From: Promethearchaeota archaeon
GTDB taxonomy: Archaea > Asgardarchaeota > Hermodarchaeia > Hermodarchaeales > Hermodarchaeaceae
Length of the DNA stretch: 32,000 nt
Reading direction: 5' to 3'
Assembly: GCA_048938295.1 (NCBI GenBank)
Contig: JBHLMI010000002.1
Location: 90,001-122,000 of the forward strand
This document shows positions 23,498 to 31,999 of the stretch, in pieces. Every line of letters starts with the position of its first letter. Position 1 is the first letter of the stretch. Below the pieces are notes generated by a model. It was given only the letters and a program-made list of their open reading frames with translations. It was not told the origin of the DNA and searched no databases. The translations under genes were made by a program, and so were the position numbers.

Positions 23498-24787
23498 TCA
23501 GTTCTTTGGTGCTTTCCCAGTAATGGCTTTTACAATAGCCCAGAACTCCTCTTCTTTCAAACCAAGGCGGGTTTCTCGGAGGAGCTCAGCGGCTTTATGT
23601 AATTGGCGAAGCATTTCAACCTTATCTCTGAGTTTATGCGTCTCTTTCACCTGCGATACAATTTGCTGAATTTCTTCATCAGTGGCTTCGATGTTTTCTT
23701 GCTCCAGCTTAGTTTTTACAATATGACTCCCAGTATGTTTTCCCATGTAGAATTCAGTTTTCCGTCCAACCGTTTCAGCGGGAATTGGTTCATAGGTTAG
23801 CTGGTGAGAGAGGATGCCATGAACGTGGATACCTGCTTCGTGTGAAAAGGCGTTTTCACCAGTAATGGCTTTATGGACCGGAAGGAGGATGGCAAACGCT
23901 TCACTCACCAAATCAGCCAGTTCTTGGATTCTTTCGGTTTTGATGCCCGTTCGAACGTCATAAAGGAATTCGAGTGCCATGACTACTTCTTCGAATGGAG
24001 CGTTCCCAGCACGTTCACCAAAACCAGCGACACATACATGCGGAACAGTAACGCCTTCCTCTACTGCCGCCAAAGTGTTAGCAGTGGCTAGACCAAAGTC
24101 ATTATGGTTATGAATGGAAAGCTGAACTTTACCTTTGACTTCTTGGTTAAGGCGGTCACGGACGTGAGAAACCATATATCGCATCGATTCTGGTCTTAAG
24201 AAACCTACAGTATCGGTGATTACACACCGATCTGCACCAGCTTCCAATGCAGTTTTGAAGATCTTCACCGTGTTATCAATGCTCGTGCGTGAAGTATCTT
24301 CGGAAACAAAATCAACAATAACTCCGTATTTCTTTGCATATTCAACGCAATCGGTTACAATGCTTAGTGCTTCTTCCTGGGTTTTCTTTAGCTTGTATTT
24401 CAGGTGAAGATTACTGAATGCAATAAATATAGGTACTTCTTCGGCTCCTGCCTGGATGGCAACATCAATGTCAGATCTAATTGCACGAGCTGGCGCACAT
24501 AATTTGGCTTGTTTGAAACCTTCGGCGGCTATTCGACGAACAACCTCTTCTTCATCTTTAGAAACAGCAGGAAAACCCACGTTAATTATTGCAAATCCCA
24601 TCTCATCCATGAGTTTTGCTATTTCGATCTTTTCATCAATTAAAAGACTAGTGCCTGGTGTCTGTTCACCATCACGAAGGGTTTCATCCCAAATAAGAAC
24701 TTCTTTGGGTAGATATTTTGGCTTTGTTGCAGGAACTTTGTTAAAGTTAACGATTAAGCCATCTGCCTCTAATTCGTCTAACAACAT
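23498..24787 (-). CDS. DRE-TIM acyltransferase of the LeuA/homocitrate synthase/Re-citrate synthase family, lacking the IPMS regulatory domain
   Basis: DETLRDGEQTPG, SEDTSR, DTVG, HNHNDFGLATAN, GFGERAGNA, G.NAFSHEAGIH, YEP.....VG, GKHTG. 429 aa. Confidence 0.88.
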   Translation of the reverse strand: MLLDELEADGLIVNFNKVPATKPKYLPKEVLIWDETLRDGEQTPGTSLLIDEKIEIAKLMDEMGFAIINVGFPAVSKDEEEVVRRIAAEGFKQAKLCAPARAIRSDIDVAIQAGAEEVPIFIAFSNLHLKYKLKKTQEEALSIVTDCVEYAKKYGVIVDFVSEDTSRTSIDNTVKIFKTALEAGADRCVITDTVGFLRPESMRYMVSHVRDRLNQEVKGKVQLSIHNHNDFGLATANTLAAVEEGVTVPHVCVAGFGERAGNAPFEEVVMALEFLYDVRTGIKTERIQELADLVSEAFAILLPVHKAITGENAFSHEAGIHVHGILSHQLTYEPIPAETVGRKTEFYMGKHTGSHIVKTKLEQENIEATDEEIQQIVSQVKETHKLRDKVEMLRQLHKAAELLRETRLGLKEEEFWAIVKAITGKAPKN

Positions 24788-24822
24788 TTGCTTCTGCCAT
24801 CCTGTTCAATCAATATGGATAG

Positions 24823-24851
24823 TATAGACTTAAGTTTCTTTCTTGTCTATA
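24823..24851. repeat. Inverted repeat TATAGAC-N15-GTCTATA in a divergent promoter region
   Basis: 24823-24829 and 24845-24851 are reverse complements, with an overlapping palindrome ACTTAAGT at 24828-24835. Confidence 0.45.
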
Positions 24852-24892
24852 ATGTAAAAACATTTGAACTCACATCAGGCAGGAGAAAATCC

Positions 24893-25669
24893 ATGGGTTC
24901 TGGATATACTAATGTAAGAGTTGACGTCTCAGATGGTGTAGGGCAGATTTTAGTGAATCGCCCACCCTTGAATATCCTTGATCAACAAACACTGACAGAA
25001 CTTTATATGGCATTATTGGATATGAAGACAAATTCGGGAGTGAATATCGTTCTTCTTAGAACGGCAGGTGAGCGATTCTTTTCCGTTGGGGTGGATGTCG
25101 AACAGCATCTTCCTGAACATGCCCCAAAAACTTTAGAGGCATTCAATAAAGTCTTTGAAGCCCTCATTGATGTTGATAAACCTGTCATTGCTGTTGTTCA
25201 AGGGTCAGCCTTAGGCGGCGGGTGTGAGCTGGCCTTTGCTTGTGATATTGTGATTGCCGTGGATTCAGCTAAGTTTGGTCAGCCAGAAATTCAAGTAGGT
25301 GCTGTGCCTACGGTTGCTGCCGCAGCCATGCATCATTTTATTGGTCAAAAACGAACCTTCGAATTGCTTTATACTGGAGATAGCATTTCTGCTGAAAAAG
25401 CTGTACAGATTGGACTCATTAACCATGCTGTACCAGCTGATCAGTTGGAGAAGATAGTCGATGAATTTATTACTAAACTTAAGGAGCATAGTCCAATTAT
25501 GCTTCGGTATGTTCGGCGAGCCCTGTACAAAAGTAGGCATCTCGACTTTTTGCAGGCTGTAGAAAAATCGACTGAAATTTACCTCGACTCGTTGAAAAAT
25601 ACCGAGGATGCGTCTGAGGGACTCAAGGCATTCTTAGAGAAGCGCAAACCAGAATGGAAAGGGAAATAG
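24893..25669 (+). CDS. dch: Enoyl-CoA hydratase family, probably cyclohexa-1,5-diene-1-carbonyl-CoA hydratase
   Basis: RPPLNIL, FSVGVDVEQH, ALGGGCEL, AKFGQPEI (both crotonase glutamates). AGGAG RBS before ATG 24893. Context: adjacent to had and bzdNOPQ. Confidence 0.8.
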   Translation: MGSGYTNVRVDVSDGVGQILVNRPPLNILDQQTLTELYMALLDMKTNSGVNIVLLRTAGERFFSVGVDVEQHLPEHAPKTLEAFNKVFEALIDVDKPVIAVVQGSALGGGCELAFACDIVIAVDSAKFGQPEIQVGAVPTVAAAAMHHFIGQKRTFELLYTGDSISAEKAVQIGLINHAVPADQLEKIVDEFITKLKEHSPIMLRYVRRALYKSRHLDFLQAVEKSTEIYLDSLKNTEDASEGLKAFLEKRKPEWKGK

Positions 25670-25684
25670 AGGTACAAGTGAAGA

Positions 25685-26707
25685 TTAGGGAATAACGATA
25701 TTCCGACCAAGAACCTTGCCTTCTTCGAGGAGCTTGAAGGCTTCATTAATTTCTTCAAGTGGACGTTTGCTATCGATTATCGGTTTGATTTGAATGACCC
25801 CTTGTTCTACCATCCTCAAGAGGGGAGGATAATCGACTGCACGACAGCCCAGCGATCCCCGTATTTCGATTTCTCGGTACATGACTCGCGATGCTGAGAC
25901 AGTCCAATCGGATTCGGCATAGCCTACAACAACCATCCGTCCGCCCCATTTTACTACGGCTAATGCTTGACTCATGACATCAGGAATGCCAATGGCCTCA
26001 AAGGAGATATCTACACCTCGCTTTTGGGTTAAGTCTCGAATCTGTTTGACGGGGTTCTCATCCTTGGAGTTTATCATCACAGTAGCTCCGAGTTTTTCAG
26101 CGAGTTTCAACTTCTTGTCATCAATATCGACGGCATATACAATGCCACCTGTGGCAGCAGCGATTTGCACCACATTGATACCCACCCCCCCACAACCAAA
26201 AACAGCGACCAAATCACCTGGGCGAACTTCGCCACGATTCTTTACAGCATGGTAGGGTGTAGATATTGCATCAGCAACGATACTTGTTTCTTCTAGAGGT
26301 AATGAGTCGGGAATTCGAAAGATCTCCTTCGCTGGGACACGAATGTATTCAGCATATGCGCCATCAATGTTGTTTCCCACCATTTCTTGGCGTTGGCAGA
26401 CGTTTCCACGCCCTAATCGACAATTATCACAAAATCCACAGCTAAGAACGGCAGGAATTAATACGCGATCTCCTTTAGCCCAATTATCCACAGCAGATCC
26501 AAGTTCGGCAATAGTTCCTGATGCTTCATGGCCAAGTACCATGGGAGGTTTTTTGAAAGTGGGGGTACCATGCAAATAGTGAAGGTCAGTTCTGCATACT
26601 CCACAGGCTGCCACTTTAATCAACACATCACCCGGTCCGAGTTCAGGTGTAGGTATGTCTTCGATTTGAAGCGGTTTTCCGGCGCCATAGAATACTGCAG
26701 CTTTCAC
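25685..26707 (-). CDS. had: Zn-dependent dehydrogenase, probably 6-hydroxycyclohex-1-ene-1-carbonyl-CoA dehydrogenase
   Basis: ACGVCRTDLHY, PTFKKPP..LGHE, CGFCDNC......C, DAISTPYHA, GCGGVG, GSLGCR..DYP. Probable start GTG 26707 with an AGGTG RBS. Confidence 0.82.
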   Translation of the reverse strand: MKAAVFYGAGKPLQIEDIPTPELGPGDVLIKVAACGVCRTDLHYLHGTPTFKKPPMVLGHEASGTIAELGSAVDNWAKGDRVLIPAVLSCGFCDNCRLGRGNVCQRQEMVGNNIDGAYAEYIRVPAKEIFRIPDSLPLEETSIVADAISTPYHAVKNRGEVRPGDLVAVFGCGGVGINVVQIAAATGGIVYAVDIDDKKLKLAEKLGATVMINSKDENPVKQIRDLTQKRGVDISFEAIGIPDVMSQALAVVKWGGRMVVVGYAESDWTVSASRVMYREIEIRGSLGCRAVDYPPLLRMVEQGVIQIKPIIDSKRPLEEINEAFKLLEEGKVLGRNIVIP

Positions 26708-26947
26708 TGAGAACACCTGGGCAAGTATCTGACTTAGAACCTTATATTCTTTAGCAAGATTACATTCAATAAAAAAGTGCTTTCTCTTAGCTCAAAAGAA
26801 TTAATAGATTGATTACGTGTAGTATGAAAAAAAACATCGAAGTTCAGACAAAGAACTGAAACACCTGAGGGTGCCAAGGTTGGGATCCAAAGTTAAGATA
26901 ATTAAAAGTGTATGTCGTAGTTGCTATGGTGGTTGGGGAGAGAACCA

Positions 26948-27244
26948 ATGGAAAGCGCAGATTTGGGTGTCAAAATCCGTTTGATAGGTGTGTTGAAGAT
27001 TACAACAGGAATCGAAGATGTAAAGCTGGATTTAGAGGATAATGACACAATTGATTCTATTCTCAATAGGCTAGTAGAAAGGTACCCTGCTCTTCGTCAA
27101 GAATTGTACACTGAGACTGGTGAGATTCATAAGTATCTCAACATTTTTGTTGACAACAAACCTGTTCTTCAGCAAAATCTTAATGATATCCCGATTCAGA
27201 AGCCAACGACATTAACACTGGTTATGGCAGTTGGTGGTGGATGA
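26948..27244 (+). CDS. moaD: MoaD/ThiS-family ubiquitin-like sulfur carrier
   Basis: beta-grasp pattern (YLNIFVDN) and C-terminal AVGGG. First gene of the AOR operon. Confidence 0.85.
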   Translation: MESADLGVKIRLIGVLKITTGIEDVKLDLEDNDTIDSILNRLVERYPALRQELYTETGEIHKYLNIFVDNKPVLQQNLNDIPIQKPTTLTLVMAVGGG

Positions 27245-27267
27245 CAAACCCTCTGGAATGATCTGAA

Positions 27268-29100
27268 ATGACAACAAACCAATATGCGCTTGTCAATCTA
27301 AGTAAAGATTCAGTGAAAATCACAGAAATACCAGCAAATGTCATAAGAAGCTATTTAGGCGGTCGAGGAACGAACGTCTATCATCTTAACAAGTTGCTCA
27401 GGAAGAATGTAGATCCCCTTTCTCCAGAAAACGTGCTGATATTTGGTGCTGGTTTACTTACGGGGTACCTCATCCCAAATGCGTCGCGATTCAATGTGAC
27501 AGCGAAATCCCCCGAATCCGGCTTTTTAGGTGACACTAACTGTGGAGGTTATTTTGGTCCTGAGATGCGTTATGCTGGTTTTAATCAGATTATCATACTG
27601 GGCAAAGCGAAGAATCCAAGTTACATTTACCTTCAAGATGGTTCCGTTGAAATTCGAGACGCTTCGGATTATTGGGGTCTTGATACATATGACGTTCAAA
27701 CCGAGTTACGGAAAGATCTAGGTGATGTACAGGCTGCTGTCACAGGAGAAGCTGGTGAAAAACTCGTCCGGTTTGCTAACATTCGAAACGGTGTGAAAAA
27801 CTCTGGAGGGCGGGGTGGTCTTGGTGCGGTAATGGGATCGAAGAACTTGAAAGCCTTAGTCGCCTATGGAACTCAAGGTCTTGATGTTGCTCATCGTGAA
27901 CAGCTTCTGGAGGTCACCAAAAGTATCAACGATTATGTCCTAAACTCTAAGGTCATCTCAGTCATGGGTAAACTAGGTTCTCCATATCTGTATGATGTTA
28001 GTAATGCGCTGGGGGCCATTCGCACAAAGAACAGTCAGCTGAATGCCTGGTCCGATTCACTAAACGCGGAATATTTCGAAGAGTATGCTGAGAAAATGGT
28101 TTCTTGCGCCTCTTGCATTGTCCATTGCCGGCACAGGAATACCATGGATGGAGAAGGCCCTGAATATACAACGATTGGATTACTGGGAGCAAACATTGGC
28201 TTAACTGATCCAAAACAGGTTATCGAGTTGAATAACCTCTGTAACCGCCTAGGGTTAGATACAGCATCTGCAGGGACCATACTTGCATGGACCTTTGAAC
28301 TCTATGAAAAAGGAATTGTTGACAAATCAAAGTTCCTCGGGGAGAAACTTGAATTCGAGAATTTCGAACTTGCTAAATCTCTATTAGAAAAAATTGCCCG
28401 ACGTGAGGGGCTTGGAGATGTTCTAGCGGAAAGCACTCAAGCTGTACACCATTTTGGACCAAAATCAGCAGATTATCTTATTGCTGTAAAGAATTTACCG
28501 CAAAGTGATCCCCACGATGTTCGATACATCAAGGCGTTCGCACTAGGTATAGCAACCGCTTCGAGAGGAGCGGATCACCTCCGGAGTCGACCTACCCTTG
28601 AAATCTTTCTCCGCTTACCGCAAGAAGTAAAAGAAAGCATCTATGGCCCGGGTATCTCACCTGACCCTACGTCATATGAGGGAAAGGAGAAAGCCGTTTT
28701 TTGGTCTGATAACATGTACGCAGTAATTGATGCGGTAGGAATCTGCAAATTCATCTGCCATGGTTTCAACAGCCCGCATCTCATTGGATATGAACAGGTA
28801 AAGGAATTTCTACACGCTGCAGTTGACCTCAAATTCGACGAACAAGAATTGCAGGAGGTTGGAAAACGAATTATTGACACGGAACGAATCCTCAATCTTC
28901 GATTTGGACTCACTCGGGCAGATGATTCATTACCCAAACGTTACTTTGATGACCCCGCTCCCCTGAAGACTGCAGAAGGTCATCATGTTGATCGTAAGCA
29001 GTTTCAAATCATGTTGAATCGATATTATGCCCTTCGCGGATGGAACGATGAGGGATCAGTACCTGAAGAACGTGTTAATGAATTGGAGGCGATTGAATGA
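27268..29100 (+). CDS. aor: Tungsten-containing aldehyde:ferredoxin oxidoreductase family protein (atypical active-site motif)
   Basis: DPLSPEN.LIFG, R.....KSP, GEAGEKLVRFA, GRGGLGAVMGSKNLKA, CASCIVHC (28105-28128), LG.DT, RGADH, D..GICKF, RII..ER..N, D.LPKR, YY..RGW. Confidence 0.93.
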   Translation: MTTNQYALVNLSKDSVKITEIPANVIRSYLGGRGTNVYHLNKLLRKNVDPLSPENVLIFGAGLLTGYLIPNASRFNVTAKSPESGFLGDTNCGGYFGPEMRYAGFNQIIILGKAKNPSYIYLQDGSVEIRDASDYWGLDTYDVQTELRKDLGDVQAAVTGEAGEKLVRFANIRNGVKNSGGRGGLGAVMGSKNLKALVAYGTQGLDVAHREQLLEVTKSINDYVLNSKVISVMGKLGSPYLYDVSNALGAIRTKNSQLNAWSDSLNAEYFEEYAEKMVSCASCIVHCRHRNTMDGEGPEYTTIGLLGANIGLTDPKQVIELNNLCNRLGLDTASAGTILAWTFELYEKGIVDKSKFLGEKLEFENFELAKSLLEKIARREGLGDVLAESTQAVHHFGPKSADYLIAVKNLPQSDPHDVRYIKAFALGIATASRGADHLRSRPTLEIFLRLPQEVKESIYGPGISPDPTSYEGKEKAVFWSDNMYAVIDAVGICKFICHGFNSPHLIGYEQVKEFLHAAVDLKFDEQELQEVGKRIIDTERILNLRFGLTRADDSLPKRYFDDPAPLKTAEGHHVDRKQFQIMLNRYYALRGWNDEGSVPEERVNELEAIE

Positions 29101-29552
29101 GATACATTTTCGTTTATCCTGAACGGTGCACGGGTTGCCGATTATGTTCACTTGCTTGTTCATTAACCAAATTTGGGGAATGCAACCCAAGAAAGGCAGC
29201 AATTAGTGTTGTTCGAGATGAGTTTGAACGGTTTGAGTTTCCAGTGGTATGTTTTCAATGCCAGGACGCGCCTTGTATCGCCGCATGCCCACAAAACGCT
29301 ATCACAGAGGTGGAAGGAATAACATCACGCGACGAGAACCGCTGCATTGGTTGTCGACTGTGTGCAGTTGTGTGCCCATTCTCTGCGATAACAACCCACG
29401 GTAAGGACCTAATTCGTTGTGATCTTTGTGGCGGTGATCCACAGTGCGTAAAATATTGTTCCACAAAGGCCATTGTATATGAGGAAGAAACACAGGAAGC
29501 AATGCAACGACGAAAGGTGCAATTAGCCCGGGTTCTAATTCCGGAGAAATAA
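29097..29552 (+). CDS. 4x[4Fe-4S] polyferredoxin (AOR/WOR small-subunit type)
   Basis: CTGCRLCSLAC, CFQCQDAPCIAACP, CIGCRLCAVVCP, CDLCGGDPQCVKYC. ATGA overlap with the aor stop. Confidence 0.92.
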   Translation: MRYIFVYPERCTGCRLCSLACSLTKFGECNPRKAAISVVRDEFERFEFPVVCFQCQDAPCIAACPQNAITEVEGITSRDENRCIGCRLCAVVCPFSAITTHGKDLIRCDLCGGDPQCVKYCSTKAIVYEEETQEAMQRRKVQLARVLIPEK

Positions 29553-29571
29553 TTTCTGAGTGTCGTTTTAG

Positions 29572-30807
29572 TTAAGTTTGTTTTTCTCGAGATTGCCAAT
29601 AACGTTGACCAATGAGTGTATCTTTTTTCAGAGAATCAAGGACATCTGAAATGTTGGCTCCAGTTCGATGAGCTTGCAGGATAAACCCTGAATTTCGAAG
29701 ATCTCCAATTGCTTGGTAACCTAAAACCTTGCCATCGCAAATTATGAGTTTCCGGAAAGCTTTGTTTCGGTGTATCCTGATAATGTCACATTTACCTATT
29801 TCAGTTGAAGGCTGGCCAATGCTAAGCACTGGTATCTCAAAGATGTTAATCAAATTGATGGCATCAGATCCCTGATATGAAACCTTTAGACCAAGCATAT
29901 TTTGTGCTGCGGTTCGTCCTTGATAAATGGCATTTGGCCATATTGCATTAATCCTTAATTTATTCGTAGCGCGTTCTATGGCTTCTGCGACATCGCCCGC
30001 CGCGTATACGTTTGCAACGTTGGTTTGCATATATTCGTTTACAAGAATTCCTTGATTTGTTTTAATTCGGGTTCCTTGGATAATGTCAATATTTGGACGA
30101 ACACCCACAGCTACGACGACAAGGTCACATTGTAGTTGTTTCTTACCAATTTGTACCCCTTTGACGGCTTTTTCACCAAGAACTTTGCTAACACTTGTTG
30201 AAGTATGAACTTCTATGCCTTGTTCTTGTAAAAGCTGGCGCACGATTTCGGCCGTATCTTCATCTAACATTCGAGGTAGAAGATGATTTTCTCTTTCAAT
30301 GATTGTCACTTGGGCACCAAGGCGATGGAGAGCAGTGGCACTTTCGATGCCGACAAATCCCCCACCAATTACAACTACATGTTTTATCTTCTGTTTCGCT
30401 CTTGCTAGGATGCTTTTGCTATCTCGCAAATTCATTAGAGTGACGACACCATCTTTATCAAGCCCTTCTATTCGAGGTTTGATTGCAGATGCACCAGTGG
30501 CGATGAGAAGCTGATCATAGGTGAGTTCGTCCCCCGTTTCAAGGAAAACGGAGTTGGACTGCGGATTTACCGCTGTGACAGTTGTGGCTAGTTTCATTTC
30601 AATTCCCTCGTCTTCAAAATACTGGGGATCAAACCGATCGAGATATTGTTCATCAATTTCTCCAGCAACAAAAGAGGGAAGAGAGAACAACGCGTAGAAT
30701 CGTGTATCCTTTGTGATTAACACGACATCAAAGGTATGTTTATGTTCAATTAGTGTTTGTACTGCACTCAGCCCAGCTGCTCCGCTTCCGATTATCACAA
30801 GGCGCAT
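29572..30807 (-). CDS. FAD-dependent pyridine-nucleotide oxidoreductase (NADH oxidase/rubredoxin reductase/AorC-like)
   Basis: IIGSGAAG, YDQLLIATGA, VIGGGFVGIE, IERE (acidic, NADH-type), GVRPN, GILVNEYMQT, YAAGDVAE, W.NA..QGR.AA.NM. Confidence 0.9.
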   Translation of the reverse strand: MRLVIIGSGAAGLSAVQTLIEHKHTFDVVLITKDTRFYALFSLPSFVAGEIDEQYLDRFDPQYFEDEGIEMKLATTVTAVNPQSNSVFLETGDELTYDQLLIATGASAIKPRIEGLDKDGVVTLMNLRDSKSILARAKQKIKHVVVIGGGFVGIESATALHRLGAQVTIIERENHLLPRMLDEDTAEIVRQLLQEQGIEVHTSTSVSKVLGEKAVKGVQIGKKQLQCDLVVVAVGVRPNIDIIQGTRIKTNQGILVNEYMQTNVANVYAAGDVAEAIERATNKLRINAIWPNAIYQGRTAAQNMLGLKVSYQGSDAINLINIFEIPVLSIGQPSTEIGKCDIIRIHRNKAFRKLIICDGKVLGYQAIGDLRNSGFILQAHRTGANISDVLDSLKKDTLIGQRYWQSREKQT

Positions 30808-30931
30808 GTGAATCCACTCAACCCCAAAAATAGTCCCTTTCGCCTAAAAATACGCTTGGTAGCAGCACACAATTTTGGCGAATAACAGGTTTTTTATTAA
30901 CATCCTGCATAGCCTCTTCGAGGTGACGCTT

Positions 30932-31795
30932 TTGGAAATCAAAAAAGTCGCAGTCGTTGGCGCTGGACTCATGGGTCACGGTGTGACACAAGTTCTGGCT
31001 CAGATTGCTGGTTATGAGGTATATCTGAAAGACATCAAGCAAGAATTCATTGACACGGGTATGGGTCGTATCAAATGGAGTCTTGACAAACTTGTTGAGA
31101 AAGAGAAACTCGCTCAAGCTGATGCGGATGCAACACTTAACCGTATTCACCCTACCCTTGAAATGAAGGAAGCGATGAGTGACACAGATTTCATCATTGA
31201 GGCAGTGCCCGAAAATTTAGATCTTAAGAAGAAGATCTTTGCTGAAATGGATGAACTAGCACCTTCACATGCAATACTCGCATCGAACACTTCATCAATC
31301 AGTATTAGCCAGATAGCCGCAGCCACTAAACGTCCCGATAAGGTAGTGGGTATGCACTTCTTTAATCCTGTGCAAATCATGAAGCTTGTTGAAATTATCC
31401 GGGGAGAAAATACGTCAGATAACACCATTTCAGTGGTTGAGCAAGTATCACAGAAAATGGGTAAGGAAACCGTGCTTTGTAAGAAAGATTCACCTGGTTT
31501 CATTGTCAACCGTATCCTAGTTCCTGCGCTTAATGAAGCCATCTGGTTACTCCAAGAGGATGTTGCGGAACCTGAGGATATTGATAAGGCAATTAAATTG
31601 GGATTAAACTGGCCAATGGGACCAATCACACTCTTGGATTATGTAGGATTAGACACTACTCTTTCCATCACTAAAGTATTTCAAAAAGAGATGGATGAAC
31701 ACAAATACGCTGCAGCTCCACTACTTGGAAAGATGGTTAAAGAAGGCAAGTTAGGTAGAAAGACAAAGCAAGGATTTTATGATTGGAACAAGTAA
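30932..31795 (+). CDS. 3-hydroxyacyl-CoA (3-hydroxybutyryl-CoA-like) dehydrogenase
   Basis: VVGAGLMGHG, IIEAVPENLDLK, ASNTSSI, GMHFFNPV, KDSPGFIVNR, PMGP..L.DYVGLD, G.LGRKT..GFY. GAGGTGA RBS 5 nt before TTG 30932. Confidence 0.93.
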   Translation: MEIKKVAVVGAGLMGHGVTQVLAQIAGYEVYLKDIKQEFIDTGMGRIKWSLDKLVEKEKLAQADADATLNRIHPTLEMKEAMSDTDFIIEAVPENLDLKKKIFAEMDELAPSHAILASNTSSISISQIAAATKRPDKVVGMHFFNPVQIMKLVEIIRGENTSDNTISVVEQVSQKMGKETVLCKKDSPGFIVNRILVPALNEAIWLLQEDVAEPEDIDKAIKLGLNWPMGPITLLDYVGLDTTLSITKVFQKEMDEHKYAAAPLLGKMVKEGKLGRKTKQGFYDWNK

Positions 31796-31879
31796 ATCAC
31801 AAATCGATTTTGAACCTGCCACTGGCTCAAAAGCTCGCATTAAGGCGGAATTCCGAGCTAAGTGAGAATACATCCCGAT

Positions 31880-31999
31880 TTACTTGTCTAACTTTGCGCC
31901 ACATTTTCCGCAGTGAGTGAACTCGCTGGGGAGGTAGGTTGTGCCACAGCTTGGGCAGGTTTTTTCCCATGGCCCCCATTTGAATTCAGGTGATTTACC
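31880..31999 (-). CDS. C-terminal end of a protein with a double zinc ribbon (partial; begins beyond the right edge)
   Basis: My translation: ...GKSPEFKWGPWEKTCPSCGTTYLPSEFTHCGKCGAKLDK* (CxxC...CxxC), with stop TAA at 31880-31882. Confidence 0.65.
   Translation of the reverse strand, partial: GKSPEFKWGPWEKTCPSCGTTYLPSEFTHCGKCGAKLDK

Noticed and set aside
26185-26191. C7 tract in had (G7 on the coding strand) as a phase-variation site
   Set aside because: It is in frame and simply encodes the GCGGVG Rossmann glycines.
6345-29100. TGA stops (DUF362, iorA, bzdP, moaD, aor) as possible selenocysteine read-through, since some Asgard archaea use Sec
   Set aside because: Each protein is already full length for its family at the TGA (e.g. 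MoaD ends in GG), several TGAs are ATGA/GTGA coupling overlaps, and no conserved Cys position is replaced.
27268-29552. Calling the W enzyme a true class II benzoyl-CoA reductase (BamBC)
   Set aside because: It keeps AOR-type GPEY and RGADH segments, I see no extra Cys tungsten ligand after CxxCxxxC, and no BamDEF/HdrABC-type partners are in the window. Kept only as a question of phylogenetic placement.
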